Shown one piece after another: positions 1 through 13,206 of a stretch of DNA of 64,000 nt. Every line of letters starts with the position of its first letter. The stretch's first letter is position 1. The notes under the pieces are model-generated. The model saw only the letters and a list, made by a program, of their open reading frames with translations, was not told the origin of the DNA and searched no databases. This stretch comes from Octopus vulgaris (Eukaryota), in NCBI GenBank assembly GCA_951406725.2, contig OX597819.1:51398001-51462000 (forward strand), read 5' to 3'. The position numbers and the translations under genes are program-made.

Positions 1-623
1 CTAAGATGCACCATAGATATTCAATAATATTGAGATCTGGGGACTAGACTGTGGTGGCCAGATAAGAACTTCAACTGCAGTATAATGTGCCTCGTGTCAT
101 TAAGTAACAACTTTAGCTGTGTGAATTGGTACACTATCATCCTGAAAGATTGCGTTTCCCTTCGGAAACAGTTCTGCAACCATAAGATGAATTTGATTAG
201 ATAAAATGCTTAAATAATCTTGACTATTAATTCTGCCATGAAGGGAAACCATTATGCCGGCGGATTTCCAAGATGTAGCTCCCACCCCAGATCATCACAG
301 ATCCTCCTCCATGTTTAACAGTTGGAAGAAGGTAGTCTGGGTCAAATGCGTCTTTTGGCTGTCTCCACACGTATACTCGGTCGGTGGTTGGAAATAAGGT
401 AAAGGATGACTCGTCAGAGCAAATAGCATTCTTCCACTGCTCCAGGGATCAATTCTGTAGGTTTTTACTCCCTGAAAAGAAACAGCAATTTTAGCAAAAC
501 ATATTAAGCAATATTAATGATAAATCTAAAAACAAAAATAAACAAGCTTTTGATAGTTTTATAAATATTTCAAAATTACGATGCTATGATGCTAAGTGTT
601 TCCATCATTTTGTTCAACCTCTG
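1..623 (-). mobile_element. Tc1-like DNA transposon remnant, internally deleted and running off the window edge
   Basis: Minus-strand peptides WKNAICSDESSF..VYVWR..PTVKHGGGSVMIWG and FQDDSVPIH match Tc1 DDE motifs. Terminus CAGAGGTTGAACAAAATGATGGAAACAC ends at 623. No N-terminal DNA-binding region; frameshifted. Confidence 0.85.
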
Positions 624-1133
624 CATATAAATACAATCAACTATGCAAAAGTATAGTATTCTATGCAAAGTCTTATCCACTGCTGATATTTTTATTGATA
701 GTGACGTCAAAGTTTTCGTCAAGTACGTAGCTCATTCAAAATGTGACGCCATGGCGCATGTCTAGTCATTTTCAGTACTTCTATTGAGGAGAAGTAATTG
801 ATTCAAATGGACGGTCGAATCAAAGGAGATATTAGTTATTATGATAGACATTGGTCAAAGTAATTTGCCAGAGTGTGTAAGTGAAGTGGCAGTTTTTTAA
901 ACGGAGTTTTTGTTGGTAAATGGTAGGGAGGTGATCAGAGGGAAGATGTGGTTTTTTTACATATTATAAATACCATAGTAATATGATCCAGCAATAGCTG
1001 TGTAATTGCACGTCATCAGGTGCGTGGCTTTGAGAGCACCTATATATAAATATATCTGTGTGTATGTGTGTGTATGTACGTATGTATGTATATATATCAG
1101 AGTGTATAGGAGATTAGATTAAAGAACGAAATT

Positions 1134-1323
1134 CTTAGTCTGATTTTTCACGTTTTATTTGCAATTTTTACAATTTTACAATATTGAAATAAGATTGTAC
1201 TTTCGTGCGTTACGACTGTCGCTACATAGACCTGATGACTGCCTAACGCATGAAAGTAATAGTTTATTTCAATATTATAAAATCGTAAAAATTGCAAATA
1301 ATAAACGTGAAAACCAGACTAAG
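1134..1323. repeat. Fold-back inverted repeat (arms 1134-1212 and 1244-1323), probable PLE pseudo-LTR remnant
   Basis: CTTAGTCTG...GTACTTTCGTGCGTTA is the reverse complement of TAACGCATGAAAGTAA...CAGACTAAG. Flanked by TA/TG microsatellites. Confidence 0.85.
1226..1267 (+). ncRNA. Minimal type-I hammerhead ribozyme motif
   Basis: atagac-CTGATGA-ctgc ctaac gcat-GAAA-gtaa-TA-gtttat. Stem I is 6 bp. The opposite arm preserves the palindromic GTAC after GAAA. Confidence 0.7.
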
Positions 1324-1338
1324 CTGGAATTTCATTTA

Positions 1339-1408
<70 letters not shown>

Positions 1409-1463
1409 GCATTCTTCCATTTACCGGGACTGTCATTTTAAGTTGGAACAAGCCATCACGTTT

Positions 1464-1536
<73 letters not shown>

Positions 1537-1565
1537 GTGTGTATATTGCTGACATTCCTTTTTTG

Positions 1566-1732
1566 ATTTTTTGCTTTTCGTCCTTATCAAGCCTAGCCAG
1601 GCTCATGGGCCCGGTTTCCCGGTTTCTGTGGCATATGAGCCACCCCACCCACAGCGCCCAGTCTGGGAATCGAAACCGCGATCCTCCGACCGCGAGTCCG
1701 CTGCCCTGAACACTGGGCCAGTGCGCCTCCAC
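1566..1732 (-). mobile_element. tRNA-derived SINE family C (head GTGGAGGCGCA..GCAGCGGACTCGCGG), short form
   Basis: tRNA-like head with B-box GGTTTCGATTCC. Related segments at about 7700-7875, 8050-8175, 14920-15000, 26450-26940, 36660-36920 and 37045-37225. Confidence 0.7.
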
Positions 1733-2425
1733 TGACATTCCTTTACGCGATATTAACTAATATATGCACTGGCTGAGAACATTATTGTCAATTTAAAAAC
1801 ATTTGCATACAAACACATGCCTATATACTGTCATACATTCATACCCAAGCGCATACATTTTTGCTTTTATCTGTGTGTTTGTCTTGTGCATGTCTTCAAC
1901 TAGGTACATTTATCTATCCATCCATCTATCTGTCCGTCAGTCTGTTTTTCGGCTTACTGATATGTATGTGTGTGTATGAATGTGCATGTGCGTACGTATA
2001 TAAATACATAAACGTGCATATATAGATATGTATATACATATATCATATACATCCATACATGCATACATATATATGTATACACGTATGTATGTATATATGT
2101 GTGCGTATGAGTGTGTGCGTGCGTGTGTGTGTATTTATATATATATACACACACACATACACACACACACACACACATGTATATATATATATGTATATAT
2201 ATGTATGTATATATTTATATTTATATCTGGATATAAGTATATATATGTGTTTGTGTGTGACATATATATATGAATGTGTGTGTATGTATATGTGTATATA
2301 TATATATGTATGTATGTATATATATACATATATATGTATGTATATATATGTATATATATACTATATATACATATATATATACATACATGTATATATATAT
2401 ATACATATATATATACATATGTATG

Positions 2426-2456
<31 letters not shown>

Positions 2457-2461
2457 GTATG

Positions 2462-2504
<43 letters not shown>

Positions 2505-2529
2505 ATGCTTTTGTGTGTGTGTGTGTATG

Positions 2530-2560
<31 letters not shown>

Positions 2561-2575
2561 GTATGTATATATATG

Positions 2576-2610
<35 letters not shown>

Positions 2611-3039
2611 ATGCTTTTGTCTGCATTTTCCACTCACTTTTTCTCGCCATGCTGGTACTGTACGACCTGGCTTCCAATATCATTCACGTTGTACGTTGTA
2701 TACTATCATAATATTAAATGCATTCTAAGATCTTACACTCAGAGAAAGAACCCACTCGGTTACATAACAGAAGAAAAATATAAGAAACACATATACTCAT
2801 CATAATTCAACTTTACGAATTACTTATGAAAACCTATCTACACTTGAAGTATAGAAACTGAATTATTGTTATTCAGACTGGCTTCTTACGAATATCAGCC
2901 TAACAGCATTTCTGGTGCTTTCCCCTTATTCAAGGGGTGCATATAAAAACAATGCATTTCATCTATTCTTTGTAACACAGTTTTCTTGTTACTGTTGTTA
3001 TGCTGTTCAGTACAGTTGTTGTTGTTGTTGTTGTTGTTG

Positions 3040-3122
<83 letters not shown>

Positions 3123-3259
3123 ACCTCTTTTGAATCACGGTAATTTTTTTTTTTTTTTTTACTTTGGTGCGAACACCGTTAGTAAAATTTAATCTATCTT
3201 ATCGATATGAGATTTGAAAGCGGTAACTGTGTTATGAGCCTATAATAAATAATTCTCTC

Positions 3260-3714
3260 TGCAATAGGCACAAGGCCTGAAATTTTGGGAGTGGGGGATA
3301 AGTCGAACACATCGATACCAGTACTTCACTGGTACTTAATTTATCGACCCCGAAAGAATGAATGGCAAGGTCGACCTCGGCAGAAGTTGAACTCAGAACG
3401 TAGCTGCAGACGAAATACCTATTTCTTTACTATCCACAAGGGGCTAAACACAAAGAGGACAAATAAGGACAGACAAACGGATTAAGTCGATTATATCGAC
3501 CCCAGTGCGTAAATGGTACTTATTTAATCGACCCCCAATGGATGAAATACAAAGTCGACCTCGGGGGAATTTGAACTCAGAACGTAACTGCAGACGAAAT
3601 ACCTATTTCTTTACTACCCACAAGAGACTAAACAGAGAGAGGACAAACAATGACAGACAAACGGATTAAGTCGATTACATCGACCCCAGTGCGTAACTGG
3701 TACTTAATTTATCA
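3260..3714 (-). mobile_element. SINE family B, multi-unit copy with 184-bp period
   Basis: GAAATACCTATTTCTTTACT occurs at 3412 and 3596. The core GTCGACTTTGCCTTTCATCC..GTCGAT..AAGTACCAG resembles the Meta/MESC SINE domain. Confidence 0.85.
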
Positions 3715-4299
3715 ATGTTCGTGCCACACATTAGCTCACTCTCTCCATCAAATCGAATTTGTCTGAGCAAGTGCACTGTGTGCCATGCGTCAGGTGTCAA
3801 AGTGATCGCAAAGCAGCATGAGATGAAATGTTTTGCTCAAGATCACAACGCACCAACCGATCTAGGAACTGAAACCACGATCTTGCGATCACTAGCCCAA
3901 TACCTTAACGACTCGGCCATACGCCCTCCTATATATATATATATTATATTGAAAACATTCGGCAACTTTCGGCAGCTTTCAAAAATTTCACTTATGAACG
4001 TCTTCATCTCTTTGTTTATTCATTGCGTAGCCTGGTTATGTCCTTCTGCTTTCTTTTTCTTTTGTATACATACACACATACATATATACATGCATACAAA
4101 CATACATATGTATATGTATGTTTGTATATATCTATATTGAACCATCTATCATACGTATGTATGAATGTGAGTATGAATGTATGTATGTATTACAACTTAC
4201 GCAGAAAGCAAAACAAACCAAGGGAGCTTGTTAATAAAATATTTACTGATGAGACGAAGTAATTAAATATTTTATGAGCAAACTCTGCTTTCTTTTTGC

Positions 4300-4810
4300 T
4301 TTCAATTTGTACTCTATGACATTCCGAACTATAGAGTTAAGTCAGATGGAACTCGGACTATAGTAAAATTCCTCCTTTTGATATACACGAATGCACATAG
4401 AGTCCTAAACACCTCTTAGTTGCCATGTGATTTAAATTTAAATTGCACTATATGTTTTTACGAGCAAAACGACCCCGTCCAATGGACGGTGCTGAGATAT
4501 CAAATTTTAAACCAAATTTTCTCAAAACAACTTGTCCGACAGTCCCATAGGCCTCCCTGATTTAACCTAAATTTGAGACACCAGCAAAAGACGGATTTCG
4601 ACTGATGTACTTACGCGTACAAATGCACGTTCCCACGGCTTTATCGATCGCATTCTCATCTGGAATCGATTTTCGTAATTTTTTTCAAGACTTGTACACC
4701 CCTTGATACCGTCGGTATCTACATATCAAATTTGAGCGCAATCGGATAGAGCATGCCCGAGATCCTAGAAGACACACACACAGACAGACAGAACGATTTT
4801 ATATAATAGA
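4300..4810 (-). mobile_element. Helitron-like (Lep1-type) non-autonomous element, 5' part
   Basis: + strand ends ACAGACAGACAGAACGATTTTATATAATAGA-T, i.e. A^TC start on the minus strand, the same architecture as 18565-19075. Left boundary uncertain. Confidence 0.5.
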
Positions 4811-4817
4811 TGTACAA

Positions 4818-5229
4818 AAGCGCAGATGTGGCTGAATGGTAAATAGTTTGCCTCCGAAGCACTTGGTCCCGGGTTCAGTCTCACTATACGGCGCCATGGA
4901 CAAGTGTCTCATACAACAGTCACAGCCCAACAAAAGCTTATGGGTGGATTTAGTAGACGGAAACTGAAAGAAGCTCATTGTATATATGTCTGTGTGTGTG
5001 TGTTTGTGTGTGAATGTGTGTATGTAATTGTGTTTTTGGTCCCCGTCACCGTTTGACAGCCGGTGATGGTTTGTTTACGTGTCGATAACTTAGCGGTTAG
5101 GCAAAAGGTGACTTTAGAATATATAATAGGCTTAGAAGAAAAAAAAGTACTGGGATCGATTTATTTGACTAAGCACTTCAAGGCGGTGCCCCAGCATGGC
5201 CACAATCAGTGACAGAAACAAGTAAAAAA
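4818..5229 (+). mobile_element. SINE family A, diverged copy
   Basis: Aligns end to end with the copies at 28604 and 45494. Confidence 0.85.
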
Positions 5230-5234
5230 TGTAT

Positions 5235-5284
<50 letters not shown>

Positions 5285-5384
5285 TCTGAGAGAAAGAGAG
5301 AGAGAGAGAAAGAAATAGATAGCTAGATAGATATAAATATATCGACATGTATATTAGAGCTATATACATAAGTGTGCGTTTATG

Positions 5385-5455
<71 letters not shown>

Positions 5456-5672
5456 GAGAGAGAGAGAGCAAGTGCGTGTCTGATGAGTGATGAATAGCTT
5501 TAGGGATCAATGGCTGGATCGATCGATGGTAGCGCCATGCTCATCACATTATCTATTTATTAATATTAATTTAACTGTCTGTCCTCCTTATCCCCTTCCC
5601 CTTTTCCGTTATTTCTCACTCTACAAACTTATTATTATGCGTATTTGTGTGTGGATGTGTATGTGTGTGCGA

Positions 5673-5726
<54 letters not shown>

Positions 5727-5870
5727 GAAAGTGTGAAAGTATACAGATATGTGTGCGCGTATGTGTACGTGCGGTGTGTTTGCGTGTATCGTGACTTGCC
5801 TGGATCACTTGCAAGAAACCTCAGTTTCTCAGTTATATAAATATAAGCATAGGTATCTGCAATTATATAC

Positions 5871-6118
<248 letters not shown>

Positions 6119-6202
6119 TATATATATATATATATATATATATGCATAGATATATAGATATATATATGCATATATATATATATGTATATATATGTGTGTG
6201 TG

Positions 6203-6291
<89 letters not shown>

Positions 6292-6663
6292 GTGTGTGTG
6301 TGTAAGATGTGTGTATTGAGCGATCTGCCATTGAATAGAGTCCTGAACAAGTGTAATTCATAGCTGGAAAAGCTTATATGAAACACGCTATAATCAGGTT
6401 CAGCTAAAGTGCAATGAAATCTTGTGCACCAGCACCACCACTTCCCCTATTCTTTGCAACTACTACAACCACTAATTCTGCCACCATAACGTTTATTTAC
6501 TACTACAACAACCACCAACACCACTTTGAGCGCAAATATTTTAAAGCTACCACCTGCACAACCACCAGCGCACCCACCTCCAAAGCTTTGACCACTACCA
6601 TGATGATGGTCCCTATCACCGCAACCACTACATCCAACACACTATCTACCACTACAACCACTA

Positions 6664-7320
6664 TTTACCACTACAACCACCTCCTAAGCCTAGAACATTG
6701 CCATTATGATTGCTACTACCACGACAACCACCTCCAAAGCCTAGACCACTGCCATGGTGATTGCAACTACCGCCACAACATCCTACAAAGCCTAGACCAC
6801 TGCCATGATGGTGGCCAGTACCACCACAACCACCTCGAAAGCCTAAACCACTGTCATGAAAATTACAACTACCGCCACAACCACCTCCAAAGCCTAGACC
6901 ACCGCCATGATGATTGCCACTACCAGCACAACCACCTCCAAAGCCTAGACCACTGCCATGATGGTGGCCAGTACCACTACAACCAGCTCCAAAGCCTAGA
7001 CCACTGCCATGATGGTGGCCAGTACCACTACAACCACCTCCAAAGCCTAGACCACTGCCATGATGGTGGCCAGTACCACTACAACCACCTCCAAAGCCTA
7101 GATCACTGCCATGATGGTGGCCAATACCACTACAACCAGCTCCAAAGCCTAGACCACTGCCATGATGGTGGCCAGTACCACTACAACCACCTCCAAAGCC
7201 GAGACCACTGCCATGATGGTGGCCACTGCCGCCACAACCACTATATCTGGCACAATCATCATCATCACCACAGCCACCCCCAAAGCCTCGACCGCTATCA
7301 TGAGGATGGCTACTACTACT
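6664..7320. repeat. 51-bp minisatellite (~12 units) in ACC-rich DNA; one frame is open as His/Cys-rich 17-aa repeats
   Basis: Unit CCACTACAACCACCTCCAAAGCCTAGACCACTGCCATGATGGTGGCCAGTA. ORF 6414-7328 reads (HYNHLQSLDHCHDGGQY)n. Confidence 0.9.
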
Positions 7321-7877
7321 GCAACTAGTACCACCAGCACAACCATCACCCCCACTACCACCACCACACCATTACAGTCATCGCTACCACCAACACAACC
7401 ATAAAAAGCAACACCATTACCTGCACCAAGAAAGCCACCAGCAGTTCAATTATCATCACCACTACAACTAACGCAATCACTGCTACCATCGCTACCACTA
7501 CTACTTCCACAAACATCTCTGTCAGTACCACTACCGTCCCCACCAATCCCTACCAGCACTACTACCATGACCCCCTAATACTGTCACAGTTCCACTCTCC
7601 ACTACTTCTATTACCATCACAACCTACACAAACATCCCTAACAATTGATAGTCGTTCGTTTCGTTCCAGTCCATCGTAAACCATTACTAGCACATTTGGT
7701 GTTGTTTGTTCCTTCTCGAGCCATCCCTGGTTCATAAGGGCCAGTTTTCCGATTTCATTGGCGTACAGGTTTCCCACATGGACGGGACACAGGTCCGTCA
7801 CAGTTGAGCAACTAGATGCAGGAGGAAAGAATGAGAGAAAGTTGTGGCGAAAGAGTCAGCAAAAGTTCGCCATTACC

Positions 7878-8050
7878 AATTTCTTTACTACCCACAAGAG
7901 GCTAAACACAGAGAGGACAAACAAGGACAGACAAACGGATTAAGTCGATTATATCGACCCCAGTACGTAACTGGTATTTATTTAATCGACCCCGAAAGGA
8001 TGAAAGGCAAAGTCGACCTCGGCGGAATTTGAACTCAGAACGTAGCGACA
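7878..8050 (-). mobile_element. SINE family B unit inserted in a family C SINE
   Basis: Family B body flanked by a GCCATTACCA direct repeat (about 7868 and 8051) inside family C sequence. Confidence 0.8.
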
Positions 8051-8224
8051 GCCATTACCATCTGCCGGAGCCGCGTGGAGCTTAGGCGTTTCGCTCATAA
8101 ACACACATACTGCGCAGTATGAGATTCCCTCGACCGCGAGTCCGCTGCCCTAGCCACAAGGCCATGTGCCTCCACTAGCACCCTTACTAACTATTAATAC
8201 TAACTATTATGGCTAACTTATTAA

Positions 8225-8429
8225 CCTTTTAGCAGGTTAAAGTGTTCTGCCTATTTATTCACATTGGTTTTAATTAACCATGCATTAGCTCATAGCATTC
8301 AGATTTCAGTGATGTGATCGTTTAGTTTCAGAATAGCAATGTCAGATAGGAGCGAAAGGCTGGATCTGGCAGATTTGAACAGAACACAGAAAATTTGAGC
8401 CTGATGTGCCCGGTTTAAATGCGAAAGGG
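8225..8429. mobile_element. piggyBac-like MITE
   Basis: TTAA|CCTTTTAGCA...TGCGAAAGGG|TTAA: TTAA target duplication and short terminal inverted repeats. Confidence 0.65.
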
Positions 8430-8513
8430 TTAAACGGTCTGAAATCTACTTAGGTAGCTTACTACCAACATACGTGAGTGACTGTCTGTGAACCTATTTA
8501 TCAGTCATTGTAC

Positions 8514-8622
<109 letters not shown>

Positions 8623-8771
8623 AGTCTGTCAGTTTGTCTGTCAGTCTATCCGTCTGTCTGTCTATCTATCTGTCTGCTGTCTATCAGGCTGTCTGTTTAT
8701 CTATCTATCTATCTATTTATTTGTGTATCTATCTGTCTGTCTGCCTATCCATCTGTCTGTCTATCTATCCA

Positions 8772-8864
<93 letters not shown>

Positions 8865-8967
8865 CTATCTATCTGTCTGTCTACCTGTCTATCTATCTCT
8901 GTCTATGTATGTATCTATCTAACTAGCTATCTATTTATCTATCTCCCTATCTCTCTCTCTCCCTCTG

Positions 8968-9036
<69 letters not shown>

Positions 9037-9037
9037 A

Positions 9038-9074
<37 letters not shown>

Positions 9075-9093
9075 CCCTATCTCTCTCTCTCCC

Positions 9094-9190
<97 letters not shown>

Positions 9191-9344
9191 GTCGAACAAC
9201 TGCTGTCACGTGTGGGACGAGTCGGTTTATCAGCTGAGTCTATCGTCAATATTGTCACGCCTCCTTCCTTCCTACATACATACATACATACATACATACA
9301 TACATACATGCATAAATACATACATACATAGATGCATACATATA

Positions 9345-9417
<73 letters not shown>

Positions 9418-9418
<1 letters not shown>

Positions 9419-9856
9419 GTAGGTTAGCTGCCCTGCCGATATAAATATCTCTTAGAAAATCAAAGAAAAACAGGATATCTATGAACAACTGCTTCGAAAC
9501 CTCCAGATTATGAATTCATATTCACACGGATAATAATTGGAGCACTAGATTTTGTTAGTAAAAGCTTAAAGGAGAATCTGGATAAACTGGAATTTTCAGA
9601 AAGAGAAACTGAGCGGCTTGTTCGTACATTAAAAGTGCAATCTGTGAGTGGAACAGTAAAAATATGCAAGACTTTTTTCTCAAGTTCCAAATGTGAATTT
9701 GTCTGCGTTAACTACATCCCAAAGATGGAGCCTTGTATCTTTGTTGGAAACCGGCTCCCTCTTCAGCGGAAGATTTATAATAATTAAAAAAATAGAAAAG
9801 CTCTACCTTGTAATTTGTTCTATCTGTGTGCAGCCCTGTGTGGCTAATAAAGAAAC
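9418..9856 (+). mobile_element. 3' end of an RLE-type non-LTR retrotransposon (degenerate), with 3' UTR
   Basis: Reads VSCPADINIS*KIKEKQDIYEQLLRNLQ..YEFIFTRIIIGALDFV..SVSGTVKICKTF (RLE C-terminus), then a tail ending TGTGGCTAATAAAGAAAC. Partial duplicate at 10107-10240; related fragment at 26975-27075 (-). Confidence 0.75.
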
Positions 9857-10675
9857 ATATCTATCTCTCTCTCTCTATCTCTCTATCTATCTATCTATCT
9901 ATCTATCTGTCTAGCAATCTATCTGTCTGTCTGCCAATCTATCTCTATTTATGTATCTTCATACCTACCTACCTATCCACCTACATACCTACTGACCAAA
10001 ATATACATGCTTAGTGAAAATAAAGCAGTAATGAGGTTACTGTCACAGTAATGACCAACACTAACTCTGCTCTAACGGCTACAGTGGCAACACCAACACA
10101 GTACAGGACAGACAGACGTAGGTTAGCTGCCCTGCCGATATACAATATCTCTTAGAAAATCAAAGAAAAACAGGATATCTGCCAATAAATGATTATGAAT
10201 TCATATTCACACGGATAATAATTGGAGCACTAGATTTATTTAGTTTCTTATGAACCATCGATGTTATTATCCGACGCCATTTTAAAAGTTGTCTTCAATG
10301 GAAGGTTTTATCACAGAAATCTTCGCATGATTATGTTCTTTAGTGCCTAAGTGTAGTTATTGAAATGCTGAAAGGGTCTGTCCGGAGAGATAAGAAATTT
10401 CCCAGTTTGAAAAATACTATTTAGCAATATCTTATGATGTTGCTGCTTTTGCCCAGTTTTGGATTTATCTTTCTCTTTGCAATTTTTCAAACCATTATGA
10501 TAGTGACGGAGTAATAGTGTAAGATAAGTGTGTACACACGCACACATGCACACACGCACACACATAACACATACTCACATACATATGTATATACATTCAC
10601 ACACGAGGGCGTTCACCGCTCATTCACACACCTACAGATACAACGACACACATAATATGCACACAGGTACATACA

Positions 10676-10711
<36 letters not shown>

Positions 10712-10897
10712 TATATACAAATTTATAACATATGTACATGCATATATACATATACTTGTGTATATACGCGTATGGGAATAAATGTGCATAGTTGTGTGTG
10801 TAGACACAGAATTCACGGATTTTACGCTGCCATTTCTGTTTCTGTCTTATAAGAATTGTATGTAAATTAGATGTAAATTACACCTTCTTATTGTTAG

Positions 10898-10959
<62 letters not shown>

Positions 10960-11027
10960 ATATGCGTATGTGTGTCTGTGTGTGTGCGTGCGCGCGCATC
11001 TGTATGTGTGTGTGTGTTTGTGTATAG

Positions 11028-11570
11028 GTGAACTTCAGGTTAGTTAAAACATGTGTGCGGCAAATTTCAACAGCTAAAGGCAAATTCACTACAGTTGCCG
11101 TAAAAAAAAGTCTCTTTTATGGTAAAAGAAGGTGTAAAAACACCATAAGAGTCCAGTGCTGCCACCTACCACATTCCCAGTGAGCGGTACTTCTAGCTTC
11201 TTAGCTGTTATCAATGGGAAAAAGCGAAACGAGGCAAATCTGGACAGACTTCATTGAATTATTTGCACCAGTAGACCACGAAGGGCATGCAAATTACAGC
11301 AGTATCAGCGGCAAGCAGTGTTTAAGCATAAGTGAATTTTAGGTTAGTTTAAATATGTTTGGGACATAGTTCAACCGCGAAAGACAAATTCACTACAGTT
11401 ACCATAAAGACATATTCTTTTATGGTATTCTCATTATGGTAAAAAAAAAAAATGTGTAAAAGTACCATATCTACCCCATGCTGCCACTTATCGGACTCCC
11501 AGACGTTGATATTTCTAGCCTCTTAGCCGTTAGCAATGGGAAATCCTGAAGAGTGGTCTCTCTGGACAGA
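11028..11570. repeat. Diverged tandem duplication, ~303-bp period
   Basis: GTGAAcTTcAGGTTAGTT...CAAATTCACTACAGTT...TCTGGACAGA starts at about 11028 and again at about 11332. Confidence 0.75.
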
Positions 11571-11575
11571 TAAAG

Positions 11576-11618
<43 letters not shown>

Positions 11619-12197
11619 CGTGTGTGTGTGCATGTGAATGTGTGTATATACTTACATGTATGTAAGTATATACACACATTCACATGCACATATACATATA
11701 TACAAATAAATTCATATACTTATATATATGTGTATGTGTGTGGATTTAGCTCTGCTTAGCCAAAACTGTAGCAATAAGCATTGTTATAATTCGATACTGA
11801 GTAATTCGCAGTATTTGTGTGGTGCAGCGGCGAGGTGTAATTTTTTCAGACAAATCTTCCTTTGGATTCTTATATAGACACAGTAGTCAATATAAAGAGT
11901 AATTTTAATTTAAAATTTTGGCACAAGGCCACTAATTTCGGGGCAGTGGGTAAGTTGAATACATCGATCCCAGTGTTCAATTGGTACTTATTCTGCCGAC
12001 CCCGAAACGATGAAAGGTAAAGTGGACTTCAGCGTATTTTGAACTCAATACCGCTAAGATTTTTGCCTGGCCTCTTAACGATTCTGCCTGTTCGCCGCTT
12101 TCATATTTAGAACAATACTAATATATACGGCTGATGAATGGTAGTGTATGTATGTGTGTGTGCCTGCGTGTGTGTCTATTTATCTTTATACGTATAT

Positions 12198-12352
12198 ATA
12201 CCTGCACTTCTAGCAACGTCATTTACTACATCTCCTACTCTTTCTGCCCTTTTCTGTACATCGGTCAAATGGGACGCCGCTTGGCCGACCGGTTCGCGGA
12301 GCACCTCCGAGACGACAGACTCGGCAGTGACACCCCGGTTTCGCGTCATTTT
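12198..12352 (+). pseudogene. Penelope-like element GIY-YIG endonuclease fragment
   Basis: TCTSSNVIYYISYSFCPFLYIGQMGRRLADRFAEHLRD...PVSRHF matches the PLE pattern C..NVIY..C..YIGQT.R.L..RF.EH...PV..HF. Confidence 0.85.
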
Positions 12353-12700
12353 TCAAAACCTGAGGGCCTGTAAAGATTTCCTGAACATATTTGTTATTAG
12401 AGTGAGAATAAGGTGCGCATTGAGATAGAATTCTATCAAACTCTGGTGACATACATGACGTGAGAAATTTCTACCCGATCTAAGGAGAGGTTAGGTCCGT
12501 TTGGGCTTTCAAACACTCACATTCAACGTAGAGATCTATAAGAGTAAATGAAGAGATAAAGAATACAAAACTAATTTAATAAGTAGAAACATGAGAAGAT
12601 TTAAAGAACATTTTAGATATATATGCACATACAATCGTATATGTTCATATATACTTCAACACAAACTTGTACATACATGCATACATACACACACACACAC

Positions 12701-12759
<59 letters not shown>

Positions 12760-12957
12760 AATATATATATACACACATATATATATACATATATTTATAC
12801 ACACATACATATACACATATATCTATACTCACACACATATATTTATACATATATATATTTATATACATATATGTGTATGTGTGTGTATATATATATACCA
12901 TATATACATGTATACATCTATATATATATGCATAGATATATATATATATATATATAG

Positions 12958-13001
<44 letters not shown>

Positions 13002-13017
13002 GTACATACATGCATAC

Positions 13018-13206
<189 letters not shown>

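Noticed and set aside
1660-1732. tRNA gene
   Set aside because: It is a SINE head: no proper acceptor stem, and the sequence continues into a repeat body.
5478-5550. CTGATGA followed by a GTGATGA/TCATCAC stem
   Set aside because: No GAAA or UH follows, so it is not a hammerhead.
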